A stretch of 64,000 nucleotides of DNA from Elusimicrobiota bacterium (GCA_023213235.1 CP096137.1:1627047-1691046); one strand, 5' to 3'. Shown: positions 17,474 to 29,599, counted from the first letter of the stretch. Notes: generated by a model from the sequence alone, not told the origin. Numbers and translations are program-made.

Positions 17474-20400
17474 GCCGCGGGCGGGCCTGGGCGGCGGCGG
17501 CGCTCGCCTTGGGCGCCTTCTTCGCCGTCGCGGCGGCGACCTCGGTCCCGTTCGACGACAACTGGGGGCACGCGGAGGTCGAGAGCGGCGAGCTGCTGCT
17601 GCACGGCCGGACCGCGCCGCGCTTCAACGTGTCGTTCTCGATGCCGCTGACCTCCGTGGCCGCGGCGTGCCTGTTCGGCCATTGGGGCCTCGAGGGAGGG
17701 CGCCTGCTCTGGGCCGCCCTGCTCGCCGGCGTGCACGTCCTGGCCGCGTCCTTGGCGCTGGCGGCCGGCGGCTGGGCCGCGGCGGCCGCCGCGCTCGCGC
17801 TCGTCGCGCGCCTGTCCTGGGCCTGGGACATGTATCCGATGAACACGCTTTACGCGGCGGGCTTTCTGCTCGCGGCCGGCCTGCTCGTCCGGCGCGAGCG
17901 GGAGCCGGACGTCTCCAACGGGCTGCTGCTCGGCCTCGGCGTGGCCCTCAGCGTCCTGCTGCGCTCGCCGCTCGTGTTCTTCCCGTTCGTCCTGCTCGCC
18001 GCCGACCTCGCGCGCCCCCGCTCCTCTCGTCCCGGCGCGGCGGCCGCGCTCGCGCCCTGCTCGCGCCCGCCCTCCTGCTGCTGCCGTGGATCTGGATGAA
18101 TTGGCGGCTCCACGGGAAGTTCATGCCGCTCGAGGAGGGGCGCATCGAGGGGCTGCTCGCGGCGTCGATCGCCGGGGTCGAGAAGCCGAGCCACGTCAGC
18201 GGGTTCACGGGCTTCGGGGCCGGCCTCGTTCCCGGCCTCGCGGCGTGGGCCCGGGCGGCCGCCGCCTCGCCCTGGACCTACGCGGCCTCCTGCGCGGCGC
18301 GCGCCCGCTGGATGCTCGAGGGCCAGCCCCTGCTCTTCGCGGCGGCCGCCGCGGGCGCGTGGCTCGGCCGCGCGCGCGCCGAGGTCCGGGGCCTGGCCTT
18401 GCTCGCCGTCTACTACGCCGGCGTCCACTGCCTGATCGCGATCTCCGAGGCCTATCTCGTGCCGCTGTGGCCGCTGCTCGCCGCGCTCGGCGGCGCGGGC
18501 GCGGCGGAACTGCTGCGCCGGGTTCGCCCGGGAGCCTGCGCGCCGAGGCCGGAGCCGGCCCGGGCCGTCGTCCTCGCGCTCCTGGCGCCGGCGCTCGCGG
18601 CTGCGGCGTGGAGCCTGACGCTCGTCGTCCGCTATCCGGCGCGCGCCGCGGCGGCGGCCGAGACCGACGCGGCGGAGGAGGAGGCCTGGCCTCTTCTCGA
18701 CGAGGCGCGCCGGCTCCTGGCGCGCGGCGACGCTCGCGGCGCCGGCGAGCGCTACCGGCGCGCGGCGGCCCTGCGCCCGGGCGAGCGCCGCGTCGCGGTC
18801 GGCCTGGCCTGGACCCAGGCGCTCGCGGGCGCGCCCGCGCCCTGCTCCGGCTCAAGCCGCAGCCGCCGCGCGACGGCTTCGTGCCGCCCGCGTCGCTGTC
18901 CCTGCTGAAGGGCTCGGAGCTTCTCGCGCGCGGCCGGCGCCCGCAGGCTCTCGCGGAGATCCGGGCCGCGCTCGCCGCGTCGACCGGCAGACCGGCCCTG
19001 GACCCCATCGCGGAGTACCTGCCCTCGATGCCGCGCGGGCGGCGGGAGCTTCTCCTCTCCGCCCTGGCCGCCGAAGGCGCCGGGGGCGGCGGGGCTTCCG
19101 ACGCGGCGCTGGGCGCCGCGCGGGCGGCCCTGGAGCGCGGAGACCGCGCGGCCGCGCGCGCCGCCGCGCGCGCCCTCGAGAGCAGGCCCCTGCCCGTCGC
19201 GCTGGCCAAGGAGCTGTCCGACGTCCTGCTCGAGCTCGGGGACCGGGAGCGCGCCCTCTCCGTGCTTCTCGCGAGCGCGCGCCGGGATTCCGGCGACGCG
19301 CGCCCTTGGCTGCGCGCCGCGGAGCTCGCCGCCGAGCTCGGACGCCGCGCCGAGGCGCGCGAGGCCCTGGCCTCGGCGGCACGCGCGGCGCGGGGCGAGG
19401 ACGAGCGCATGCAGCTGGCCTTCGCCCTCGGCCGCGCCGGCGATCCGGCCGCCGCGCTGGACCTTCTCGACTCGCTCTCTCGGCGGCCGCCGCCGCAGCT
19501 CCTCGTCGAACGCGCGGCCTTCGAAGCCGAGGCCGGCCGCGCGGAGGCCGCTCTGCGCACGCTCGCCTCCGCCGGGCGCGTCGAAGACGGCCCGCACGCG
19601 CGCCGCGCGGGATTCCTGTACGCGCGCCTGGGCCGCTTCGACGAGGCGGCCGCGGTCCTCGACGCCGCGGGGGAGGCGTCCGCCGACCGCGCGGCGCTGG
19701 GGAATCTGCTGCTCGCGCAGGCCGAGAAGGCCGCTCGGGAGGGACGCCCGGCCGAGGCCCGCCGCCTGCTCGCCTCGAAAGCCGCCGCCCGCGGGCTCGA
19801 CGCGCGCCGCGCCGAGGTCCTTCTCGCGGGGCTCGACGCGCCGCCGCCGGCGCCGGTCCCGGCGGCCGTGCCGCCGCGCCCGCCGCCGCGCGACGAGGAC
19901 GCCGAGACCCGGCGGGAGTCGGCGCGCCTGGCGCGCGAGGGCCGGGTCGAGCCCGCGGCCGCCGCCCTCGAGGCTCTGCTGCGCCGGTCTCCCGCGGACG
20001 CCGCCGCCCGCGTCGAGCTCGCCGAGCTCCGCCGCCGTCAGGGACGCGCGGCGGACGCGCTCGCCGTCCTCGAGGCCGCGGCCAAGCCGCGCCCGGCTCC
20101 CGTCCTGGCCGCCCGGGCCTCGGCGCTGCAGGCGCTCGGCCGCCGCGCGGAAGCCGCGGCGGCTCTCGCCGAGGCCGAGCGCGCGGCGGGGGAGGACCGC
20201 GAGTCGCTTTTCTCGGTCGCGCACGGCTGGCAGTCGCTGGCGGAGTACGGCCGCGCCGACGCGGTCCTCACGCGCCTGGCCGCCCTGGCGCCGGGCTCGG
20301 CCGCGCCGCTGTCCGACCGCGGCCTCGTGCGGCATCTCGCCGGGCGCGAGGCGGAGGCCGCGGCCGACCTCGAGCGCGCGATCGCGCTCGAGCCGGACTT

Positions 20401-20557
20401 CCTGCCTCCGTACCTGACGCTCGGCGCGCTGCGCTCGGCCCAGGGGCGCGCGGCGGACGCCGCCCGCCTTTACGACGCGGCGCTCGCGCGGCCCTCGGCC
20501 GCCCGCGAGCCGGCGCTCAAGGCCCTGCTCGAGGGCGCGCGCCGGGCCGCCCGCTAG
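17470..20557 (+). CDS. Polytopic membrane protein fused to a long C-terminal TPR domain (glycosyltransferase-like topology); two frameshifts
   Basis: GTG overlaps the upstream stop. The N-terminal ~450 aa are hydrophobic (ORFs 16237..18099 tail and 17667..18908). The C-terminal ~570 aa are TPR-like (ORF 18086..20557). Frame breaks occur near 18050 and 18840. Confidence 0.45.
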
Positions 20558-20563
20558 CGCGCC

Positions 20564-22974
20564 TCAGTCCATCCAGATCGCCTGGCCGTACTCCTCGCGG
20601 CGGAAGCCGCGCGCGAGTTCGAGGGCCGCTTCCAGGATCGGGACCTCCTCTCCGGGGCCGAGGCCGCGCTTGGCGCGCACGTGCTCGACGACGCGGGCGG
20701 GCAGCGCGCGGAAGTCGGCGGAGGCGCCGGCGTGGTCGCCGAGGGCGCGCCTGCAGAGCGCGCGGTTGATCAGCGCCCACAGCCAGGCGGGCGCGCCGGG
20801 CGCGGCGTCGGGCAGCGCGATCGCGCCGAGGTCGGCGAGCGCGGCCTCGTGCCGGCCGAGCGCGCGCTTGGCCTCGCCGCGCCAGATGTAGGCCTCGAAG
20901 TCGAGCGGGTAGCGGCGCAGCGCGTCGTCGAGGACGGCGAGGGCCTCCTCGGCGCGCCCGAGCTTGAGGAGCGCCCCGCCCTTCCAGCACGGCGCGCACA
21001 TCGCGCCGAGGCGGTCCGCCTCTTCGAGACGGGCCAAGGCCGACTCGTAGCGGCCCGTCCAGAGGTCGAAGGCGCCGAGCCACGCGAGCGCCTGGGCGGA
21101 CTCGGTCGGCGGGGCCTCGGCGCGCGCCCGCTCGAGCTCCGCGTAGGCCTCCTCGACCCGGTGCAGGCAGAGCAGCGTCTCCGCGCGGAAGGCGCGCGCG
21201 CGCCAGTCCGCCGGTCCGCCGGAGAGCGCGCGCTCGAACCAGTCCGCGGCGAGGGCGAACTCGCCGTTCCAGAGGGCGGTCGTCGCCGCCTTGCCCAGCA
21301 TCCAGGCCCAACGCCGCGCGGGCAAGCGGGCCAGCCTCCTGAAGTCGGCGAGCGCCGACGGGCCGGCGAGCGCGCCGCGGTAGTAGAGGGTCCACGGCGA
21401 GGCGGGTCCCGCGGCCTTCTCCAGCGAGAGGATTTCGGCCTCGCGCTCGGCGCGGGGGACGCGCTCGTCCCACTCCCACGGGTCCCAGAACGCGCGCAGG
21501 TCCTGCAGCTGCGGTCCGTCGTCGAGGATGCGCCCGGCCAGCGCGAGCGCCCTCCTCCAGTCGCGGAGCTTCACGCAGGCCTTGAACCGCTCGGCGCGCG
21601 TGAGCACGCCGCGGTCCCGGCGCAGGGCGGCCGAGAGCGAGCGCCGCGCGCCCTCCCGGTCGCCGGAGACGAACAGCACCTCTCCTTCGATGAGCAGCGC
21701 GCGCGGGTCTCCCGGGGAAAGCCTAAGGGCCCTGCGCGCCAGCGCGCGCGCCGCGCTCCTCTTCCCGCGCCGCGCGTCTCGCGCGCGGCGAGTGCGAGCA
21801 CCTCGAGCAGCGCGCCGCGCGTCGCCGGGTCGCCGGGCAGCACGGCGTCCGCGCGCAGGAACTCGCGCTCGGCGCCGCGCAGGTCGCCGCGGGCCAGCGC
21901 GGCGGCGCCGAGCCGGCGCACGACGTCGGCCAGCAGCGCGCGCGCGCGCGTCGCGCGGGCGCAGGACGAGCACGCGCCGCAGGGCCTTCTCGATCTCGGG
22001 CAGGCGGTCGGGGAGAGCGCCAGGCCGCGGCGGCGGAGCGCCTCGGCCAGATGCTCGCGCGCCTCGCGGGGGCCGGCGCCGGCGGAGCGCGCGGCGGCGA
22101 GGAGCTTCGCGTCGGAGTCGACCCGGCCCTCCTCGAGCCGCTCGAGCGAGCGGCGCAGGAGCAGGTCGAGCAGGCGCCGGCGCAGGTCGGGGTCCTTGGG
22201 CGCCAGCTCGCGCGCCTTGCGCAGCTCGCGTTCGGCCAGCTCGAGGCTGCCGCGCCGCTCGCCGGCGGCGCGCAGGACCCCGGAAAGCTGGGCGCGCGCC
22301 CGCTCGTCGCGCGGGTCGAAGGCGAGCGCGCGCCTCAGGGCGGAGCGCGCCTCGCCGAGCCGGCCGGCGTCCGCGGCGGCCTTCGCGCGCGCGCGCAGCG
22401 CGTCGAGATAGCGCGCGCGGACCTCCGCGTCCCCGGGCGCCAGGTCGAGCAGGCGGCGCAGCGAGCGCTCGGCCGCGTCGGCCTCCGCCGACGCCGAGGC
22501 CTGGGCCAGGTAGGCCTGCTCGCGCGCCTGGTGCAGCTCGAGCAGCCGGGCGCGGGCCTCCTTCGCGCGGCCGGCGCCGCGCGCGGCCTTGAGCAGGGCG
22601 CGCTCGGCGGAGTCGAGGTCGCCGGCGGATTTCCAGGCCTGGGCGCACAGCAGGAGCGTCCGCGCCAGCCCGGGCGCGGGGCGGCGGGAGAGGACGGGAG
22701 CCAGCGCCGCGGCCGCGGCGGCGGGCGCCGCGCCGCGCAGGACGAGCCCCGCCAGCCCCTCGTAGGCGGGGAGGAAGGACGGAACCGAGGCGATCGCGCC
22801 GGAGAACTCGGCGACGGCGCCCGCGGCGTCGCCGGAGGCGGCCAGCGCGTGGGCGAGGAAGGCGCGCGCGCCGGGGCCCGCGCCGCCGGCCAGCGCGCGG
22901 CGGAACAGCCCAGCGGCCTCCTCGAGGCGGCCGGAGTTGAACGCGTCGACGCCGGCGCGCGTCAGGTCATCCAT
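20564..22974 (-). CDS. TPR-repeat protein, paralog A, with conserved C-terminal tail ...RAFWDPWEWD...ARGFRREEYGQAIWMD; frameshifted
   Basis: ATG at 22974 (MDDLTRAGVDAFNSGRLEEA) in ORF 21571..23868. The C-terminal half lies in ORF 20564..22648. At least two frame breaks between about 21750 and 21960. Confidence 0.5.
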
Positions 22975-25198
22975 ATCGCCTGCCGGTACTCCTCGCGGCG
23001 GTAGCCGCGCGCCAGTTCGAGCGCGGCCAGGAGCCGGTCCCTCGGCCCGCCGGGTCCGGCCTTCTCCTCGAGGTGCTCGCGCACCGCGCGGGGCAGGAGC
23101 GCGTAGTCCGCCTCGAGGCCGGCCGCGTCGCCGAGCTCGCCCTTGGCGAGCGCGCGGTTGACGAGCGCCCACAGCCAGACCGGCGTCTCTCGCCCGCGCC
23201 CCGCGAGCCCTGGCTCGGCGAGGTCGGACAGCGCCTCGCGCGGGAGGCCGAGCGCGCGCTTGGTCTCCGCCCGCCAGACGTAGGCCTCGAGGTCGAGGGG
23301 CCATTTGGCGAGCGCGGCGTCGAGCTGGGCCAGGGCCTCCTTCGGCCTGCCGAGCTTGAGCAGCGCGGCGCCGCGCCAGGCGGCGGCGTACGGCGCGCCG
23401 AGCGTGAGCGCCTCCTCGAAGAGGCGCAGGGCCTCGGCGTATTCGCCGCGCCACAGGCGCAGAAGCCCGCGCCACGCGTGGACCTGGCCTTTCTCCTCGG
23501 CGGGCGCCTCCGGCAGGGCGCGGTCGAGCTCGGCGTAGGCCGCGCGCGTCCTGCCCAGGCACAGCAGGGCCTCGGCGAGCAGGCCGCGCGTGCGCCAGTC
23601 GCGCGCGCGATGAGCCAGGCCCGCGCGCAGGCGCGCCGCCGCGCGCGCGAAGCGCCCGGCGATCAGGTCGGAGAGCCCGGCCTTGGCGAGCATCCAGCCG
23701 TAGCGCGCGCGCGGCAGGGCGGCGACCCGCAGGAGGACCGACTCCTCGTCGGGGTCGTGCAGGTCGGCGCGGTAGTACAGCGCCCACGGGTTCGCCGCGC
23801 CGCGCGGCAGCGCGCGCTCGAGCCGCGCGAGCTCTCTGCGCCGCTCCTGCGTCCGCGCCGGATCCCACTCCCAGGGATCCCAGAACGCGCGCAGATCGTC
23901 CACCGACGGCCCCGGGCCTCTCAATATCCGCTCCGCCTCGGCGACGGCCGCGCGGTGGCGTCCGAGGCGCATCAAGGCGGTGAAGCGCTCTCCGCCGCCG
24001 AGCGCCCCCGCGCCGGCGGCGAGCGCGCGCCGCAGCAGCCGGCGGCCCTCGGCGGCCGCGCCGTTGGCCGCGAGGATGCCGCCGGCGATCAGCAGGGCGC
24101 GCGCGTGGCCGGGCTCGACGGCGAGCGCGCGCTTGAGGAAGCGCCGCGCCTCGCGCGTGCGCTCGGCCGGCGAGTACGCCTGGGCGGAGTTCTTCATCGC
24201 CTCGAGCAGGCCGCGCAGCGCCTCCGCCTTGCGCAGGGCCGCCGCGCGCTCGCGCGCGCCGCGGGCCTGTTCGCGCATCGCGATCACCTCGGACAGCTGG
24301 CGCCAGGACTCGCGGTCCCCGGGGCCGGCCTTCAGCGCGCGCCGCAGGCGGTCCTCGGCCCGCGCCAGGTTTCCGGAGACGACGCTGGCCAGGCCGCCGG
24401 CGCGCAGGCGGCGGACCTTCTGCGACTTCGCGCGCTTCTCCTCGGCGCGGCGCGCCGCGGCGGAGAGGCGGCCGATGCGCGCGACGTCGGCGAGCCCGCG
24501 CCGGGCGCCGGAGTCGCGCGGCGCCAGCGCGAGCGCGCGGCGCAGGGACTTCTCGGCGGCGGCCAGGCGGCCGGCCGAGACGTGGGCCAGGCCCTTGCGG
24601 CGCAGGACCGCGGCGAGCGCCCTCCGCGCCGACGCGTCGCCGGGCAGCACGGCGAGGAGCCGCTCGAGCTCGTGCCGGGCGCCGTCGAGGCGGCCGGCGG
24701 CGAGCTCGGCCTCGGCGCGCGCCCTCAGGACCGAGGCCAAGCGGCGCCGGTCGCCGGCGCCGCCGGCCAGCGCCAGCGCGCGCATGTGCGCGCGCTCCGC
24801 GGCGGGCAGGTCCCCGGCGGCGGCGAGCGCGCGGCCCGCCGCGCGCAGGGCCGCGGCGAGGGCGGGCTTGGCCGCCGCGCCGCCGGGCGGCAGCGACGCC
24901 AGGCCGCGCAGCGCGCGCTCGCCCTCGGCGTGCCGCTCGGGCAGGCGCCGCAGGAGGCTTCCCGCCAGGCCCTCGTAGGCGGGCAGGTGGCGGGGGAATT
25001 GCGCGATCGCCGCGGCGAAGGCCGCGACGGCCTCGGCGGGACGTCCGGCGGAATCGAGGACGTGGGCGAGGAAGACGCGAGTCGAAGGGCGGCGGTCGCC
25101 GTTCTCGATCGCGCCGCGGAACGCGGCCAGCGCCTCGTCGAAGCGCCCGGCGTTGAAGTGCTCGACGCCGCGCGCGCTCAGGTCTTCCAGGGCGTCAC
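22962..25198 (-). CDS. TPR-repeat protein, paralog B, tandem duplicate of A (C-terminus ...ARGYRREEYRQAIWMT)
   Basis: ORF 22962..24785 plus an upstream extension to a GTG at 25198 that overlaps the PhyH stop (GTGA). The N-terminus (LEDLSARGVEHFNAGRFDEA) parallels paralog A. The extension is not in frame with ORF 22962..24785, so a frame break lies somewhere in 24800..25190. Confidence 0.45.
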
Positions 25199-25962
25199 CT
25201 CTTCTTCTTCGCCTTGCCGAGCGCCGCGACCGCCGGCCACTCCATCCAGATGTCGGTCAGGCCCGGCGCGCGGCGATCCTCCCGCTCCGCGTCGACGTGC
25301 CAGAGGCGCCAGTACGCCATGTAGCGGATCAGGTGCGAGAGGTTCTGCTCCTTGTCGTGGGCGAGCTGGTAGTGCAGCAGCACGGCGTCGCCGGCCTTGC
25401 CCGTGATCTGCACGGCCGGCGGCATCGCGATCTCGGCGTTGAGCCCGGCGCGGAGCTTGGAGGAGCCGTTCTTGGCGATGTACTCGGCGATCACGCGGTG
25501 CGTGCCGGGGTAGACCGCGAGGTTGCCCATGTAGCCCGAGGGCTGGTCGCTGAGGAGGACGCCGGCGAGCATCGTGAAGCGCGAGATCGTCTTGTTCGCG
25601 TTCGGCGAGTAGAATCCGTCGATGTGCGAGGCCGGGCCGCCGTGCGAGTTGTTGACCGACGGGAAGCGCAGGGCGATCTGCCCGGTCGACGGGCGCCGCA
25701 GAGCCCCGCGCCCGATCGGCGACTCGGCGAGCTCCCACAGCGGGCTCTTGAACAGCAGGTCCATGATCGCCGGCGCGTCGGTGTCGTCCGACCAGTAGTC
25801 GCGCGCGTCGGCGTATTTGTCCATCTCCTGCGTGCGGCCGCGGCCGAGGCGGTGGTTGATCTCCCTGAGCGCCTCTTCGACGAGCGCCCGCGGCACGAGG
25901 CCGGGCAGGACGACGTAGCCGTCGTCGCGCATCTTCTCCAGCTGGTTTCGGTCAAGTTCCAT
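25195..25962 (-). CDS. PhyH-family Fe(II)/2-oxoglutarate dioxygenase, copy 1
   Basis: Track ORF of 255 aa with a double-stranded beta-helix HxD...H facial triad (HIDGF ... HYQLAHD). Two paralogs follow head-to-tail. Confidence 0.65.
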   Translation of the reverse strand: MELDRNQLEKMRDDGYVVLPGLVPRALVEEALREINHRLGRGRTQEMDKYADARDYWSDDTDAPAIMDLLFKSPLWELAESPIGRGALRRPSTGQIALRFPSVNNSHGGPASHIDGFYSPNANKTISRFTMLAGVLLSDQPSGYMGNLAVYPGTHRVIAEYIAKNGSSKLRAGLNAEIAMPPAVQITGKAGDAVLLHYQLAHDKEQNLSHLIRYMAYWRLWHVDAEREDRRAPGLTDIWMEWPAVAALGKAKKKR

Positions 25963-26719
25963 GGACGCCTCTCATCGCCGGCCATTCGAGCCAGGGGTTC
26001 GCCAAAGCTTTCGCCATGTACTCGCGGCTCTTGTCCCGCCAGGCGTCGACGTGATAGAAGCGGAAGTACGCCATGTAGCGGATCTCGGGCGAGTCGTTGC
26101 GCGCCTTGTCGTGCGCGGTCTGAAAGTGGAAAAGCACCACGTCGCCGGCCTTCCCCGTCACCTGCACGGGCTTGGGCAGGGGAAGGATCTTCTCCAGCCC
26201 GCCTTTCAGCGCGCCGAGGCCGTCGCGGCGGAAGCGTTCGGCGATCAGGCGGTGCGTGCCGGGATAGGGAGTGAAGTTCCCCTGGTTCGGGCCGGTCACG
26301 TCGCTGAGGAACACGCCGGCGCAGAACGAGTAGCGGACCACGGGGACGTCGGACTCGTCGTCGTAGAGGCCGTCGACGTGCACGCTGCGCGCGGCGGGAG
26401 CGTCGTCGGACGGCGCCGGGAACCTGAGCGCCACCTGGGCCTGGGAGACCGGCTCGACGCGCCCGGGCCCGAGCAGGTGTTCGGCCAGCTTCGACAGCGG
26501 CGAACGCGTCAGGAGATTCATGACGGCCGGGGAGGTCACGTACTCCGAGAGATAGTCGCGGGAGTCCGCGTAGGCGTCCTTGCCCGGGTGCTCTCCCGTG
26601 CCGAGGCGATGGTTGACGTCGCGCAGGGCGGCGTCGACCAGAGGACGCGGCACGAGCCGCGGCAGCACGACGAAGCCGTCGCGCGCGAGCGCCTTCTTCC
26701 GGGCCGCGGTCATGATCAT
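25952..26719 (-). CDS. PhyH-family Fe(II)/2OG dioxygenase, copy 2
   Basis: ORF 25952..26800 with HVDGLYDD and HFQTAHD. The likely start is MIMTAARKK at 26719; the first in-frame ATG is at 26800. Confidence 0.6.
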   Translation of the reverse strand: MIMTAARKKALARDGFVVLPRLVPRPLVDAALRDVNHRLGTGEHPGKDAYADSRDYLSEYVTSPAVMNLLTRSPLSKLAEHLLGPGRVEPVSQAQVALRFPAPSDDAPAARSVHVDGLYDDESDVPVVRYSFCAGVFLSDVTGPNQGNFTPYPGTHRLIAERFRRDGLGALKGGLEKILPLPKPVQVTGKAGDVVLFHFQTAHDKARNDSPEIRYMAYFRFYHVDAWRDKSREYMAKALANPWLEWPAMRGVHGT

Positions 26720-27494
26720 CGGCGCGTCCTCATTCCGGGCCACTCGAGCCACGGGTCCTCCATCGCGCGGCGAAGGTATTCCGGCGAGCGGTCGTGCCAC
26801 GAGTCGACGTGCCAGAAGCGGAAGTACGCGGTGCGCCGGATGTGGGGAGAGAAGTTCGGCCCCTTGTCGTGCGCGGTCTGGAAATGGAAGAGCACGACGT
26901 CGCCCGCGCGGCCGGTGACCTCGGCCGGGGAGGAAGGCGCAGGGACTTCTCGAGGTCTCCGGCGAGCGCGGCGACGCCCTTCTCCGCGACCTTCTTCGCG
27001 ATCGCCAGGTGCGTGCCGGGGTACGCCGTGAAGTTGCCCATGCCCGGCTTCGGGACGTCGCTGAGGAAGACGCCCGCGCACAGCGAGTAGCGCAACGGCT
27101 TGCCGGCGCCGGTGCCGAGTCCGTCGAGGTTCGAGTACAGGCCGTCGACGTGGACGAGGCGCCGGTACTCGACGCCGTCGTGCGCGGCCGGGAAGCGCAG
27201 GACGATCTGCGCCTGGGACAGGGGCTCGACCTTGCCGCGCCCGAGCAGGGACTCGGCGAGCGCGCTCACGGGGCCCTTCGCGAGGTCCATGATCGCGGGC
27301 GAGGAGACGTACTCCGAGAGATAGTCGAGCTTGTCGGCGTAGCCGTCCCTGCCGGGGTGCGAGCCGGAGCCGAGGCGGTGATTGATCTCCCGGACGGCGC
27401 GGTCGACGCGCTCGCGCGGCACGAGGCCGGGCACCACGACGAAGCCGTCGCGGCGCAGGCGCGCGCGCCGGTCGGGGCTAAGCGCCGCGGCCAT
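26716..27494 (-). CDS. PhyH-family Fe(II)/2OG dioxygenase, copy 3; frameshifted near 26940
   Basis: N-terminal part lies in ORF 26730..27767 (MAAALSPDRRARLRRDGFVVVPGLVP...HVDGLYSN). The C-terminal part lies in ORF 26716..27081 (VVLFHFQTAHDKGPN...). The start overlaps paralog F's stop. Confidence 0.55.
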
Positions 27495-28962
27495 GTCCCA
27501 TCCATACGGGGAAGAGGTGCTCGTTGGAGGCGCGCACGCCGCGCCCGAGCGCCAGGCCCGCCTCGAGCACGGCGCGCAGGGCCTCCTGGTCGGCGGAGTC
27601 CGCGGGCGCCTTCCCGGCCCGCTTCTCGAAGAAGTCCAGCACGTCGCGGCGAATCGTCGCGTAATCGCTCCACGCGCCGGCGGCGTCCCCGGACGCCGAG
27701 CGAGCGAGCGCGCGGTTGGCCAGCGCCCAGAAGGAGTTGGAGCCGTCCTGCCGGATCGCGGCGCCAAGGTCCTCGATCGCGCCGGCGAAGTCGCCGCGGC
27801 GGCGGCGCAGCTCGCCGCGCCAGGTCAGGGCCTCGGCGTCGGGGCCGGAGCGCAGCGCCTCGTCGAGGTCGGCCGCGGCCTCGTCGAGCCGGCCGGACAG
27901 CAGCAGGGCGGCGCCGCGCGGCCGCAAGGTCTGCGGGATGCCCGCGCCGACGGCGGCGTCGAGGTCGGAGAGCGCCCCGGCGGCGTCGCCGGCCCACAGG
28001 CGCAGGCGTCCGCGCACGGCGAGCGCGGCCGGGCGCTTTCGCTCCGGCATCGAGGCGACGAGCTCGTCGGCGCGCGCGGCGGCGGCCTTCTCGTCGCCGC
28101 GGCACAGCGCGATCTCGGCGAGCGCCGCGCGCGCCTTCCAGAAGCCGGGGACGGAGGCCAGCGCCGCCTTGTACTCGCGCTCGGCGCCCTCGTGATCGCG
28201 CCGGTTGGTCAGCAGCAGCTCGCCGTGCTTGTGGCGCATCCACTGGTGCTTCTTCGGCGCCTTGGCCAGGCGCTCGGTCTCGAGGATGGCCTCCTCGCCG
28301 CGGCCCATGTTGCTGAGCACCGAGGCCAGGAAGTAGCGCGGCCACGGGTCGGCGGGCTTGGCCGCGGCGCGGGCCTTGAGCCCCTCGAGCGTCGGGAGGA
28401 GTTCGGCCCGGTCGGGCGTGATGAAGAAGGAGTCGATGCACTCCTGCGTGCCCTGGTCGGCGAGCAGGGAGTCGGCGTGCTTGAACGCGGCGGCCCAGTC
28501 GCGCAGGCGCACGAGCGCCTGGAAGCGCGTCACCCCGGAGGCGAGGCGAGCGTGCGCGCCGCCGGACGCGGCCCGGCCGGAGCTCGCGGCCGCCGCCGGG
28601 TCGCCGGCGCGCAGCCGCAGGCTCGCGAGGCTGTCGCGCAGGGAGGCGTCCTTCGGCTTCAGCGCGAGAGCGGCCTCGTAGGCGGCGATCGCCTCGGAGA
28701 CGCGGCCCTGCAGTCCGAGGATCTCGCCGAGTCCGGCCTGGGCGGCGGCGTCCTTCGGCCGGCGCTTCGCGCAGTCGAGCGCGGAGGCGAGCGCGCCCTC
28801 CGGGTCTCCGGAGAACTGCTTGGCGTGCGCGAGCCAGACCGCGGCCCGGGAGGAGGCGGGGTCTTTCGCGAGCGCCGCCTCGAACTGCGCGCGGGCCTCG
28901 GCGTAGCGGCCGGCGTTGAAGTGCTCCAGGCCGAGCTCGAGCGGCTTGGCGGCCTTGGTCAC
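27478..28962 (-). CDS. TPR-repeat protein, paralog F (C-terminus ...LALGRGVRASNEHLFPVWMGHGRGA)
   Basis: 3' end of ORF 27478..31674. GTG at 28962 (VTKAAKPLELGLEHFNAGRY) overlaps the stop of the upstream gene (GTGA). Confidence 0.5.
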   Translation of the reverse strand: MTKAAKPLELGLEHFNAGRYAEARAQFEAALAKDPASSRAAVWLAHAKQFSGDPEGALASALDCAKRRPKDAAAQAGLGEILGLQGRVSEAIAAYEAALALKPKDASLRDSLASLRLRAGDPAAAASSGRAASGGAHARLASGVTRFQALVRLRDWAAAFKHADSLLADQGTQECIDSFFITPDRAELLPTLEGLKARAAAKPADPWPRYFLASVLSNMGRGEEAILETERLAKAPKKHQWMRHKHGELLLTNRRDHEGAEREYKAALASVPGFWKARAALAEIALCRGDEKAAAARADELVASMPERKRPAALAVRGRLRLWAGDAAGALSDLDAAVGAGIPQTLRPRGAALLLSGRLDEAAADLDEALRSGPDAEALTWRGELRRRRGDFAGAIEDLGAAIRQDGSNSFWALANRALARSASGDAAGAWSDYATIRRDVLDFFEKRAGKAPADSADQEALRAVLEAGLALGRGVRASNEHLFPVWMGHGRGA

Positions 28963-29599
28963 GGCGCGGGCTCCCGGGGCGCGGCCTCGACGGCGCGCAG
29001 GTCCTTCTCGAGGTCGGCGGCGCGCGAGCGCCCGGCGGCGTCGAGGCCGCTCTCGCGGGCGGCGGACAGCGCCGCGCGCGCCTCGTCCGCGCGGCCGGCG
29101 CGCAGGGCGGCGGCCGCCTCCGCGAGGCTGTCGCGCAGAAGCGGCCTCGAGGCGTGGCCCGAATTCCTTCAGGCCGCGCGGGCCGCGCTCGTATTCCTTG
29201 AGGCGCTCGGCGACGGCGGCCAGGCGCGGCACCCGCGAAAGCTCGGGGTCCTGCAGGGCGCGCTCGTACGCGCGCTCGCCGAGATCGAGGGCCAGCGCGC
29301 GCAGGACGACGGCCAGCGCGAGCGTCCGGCGCGCGGAGGCCGCCCGCGGGCTCAGCCAGCCGAGAGACTCCTCCGTCAGCGTCACGGCCGGCGACCGCGG
29401 CAGGCGCTCGAGCGCGGGCTCGCCGGCGGGCACGACGACGCGGCGCGTCCCGCCGAAGGAGACGCCCATGTAGGCGGCGGCGGCCTCGGGCGGGGGTCCG
29501 CGGCGCGCGCGCGCGGCGGCCTCGGCGAGGACGGCGTCGCCGCCGGGTGCTCCCGGCGCCAGCGCGAAGACGAGGACGACGGCCGCGGGAGCGCTCATC
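28959..29599 (-). CDS. Secreted hypothetical protein (signal peptide MSAPAAVVLVFALAPGAP); frameshifted
   Basis: ATG overlaps the DUF4932-D stop (ATGA). It ends ...LRAVEAAPREPAP* in a third frame, overlapping paralog F's GTG. Confidence 0.35.

Noticed and set aside
18752-20335. Minus-strand ORFs (527 aa and 176 aa) inside the membrane/TPR gene
   Set aside because: The translations are Arg/Gly/Ala-rich and motif-free. The plus strand encodes coherent TPR repeats that continue the membrane protein.
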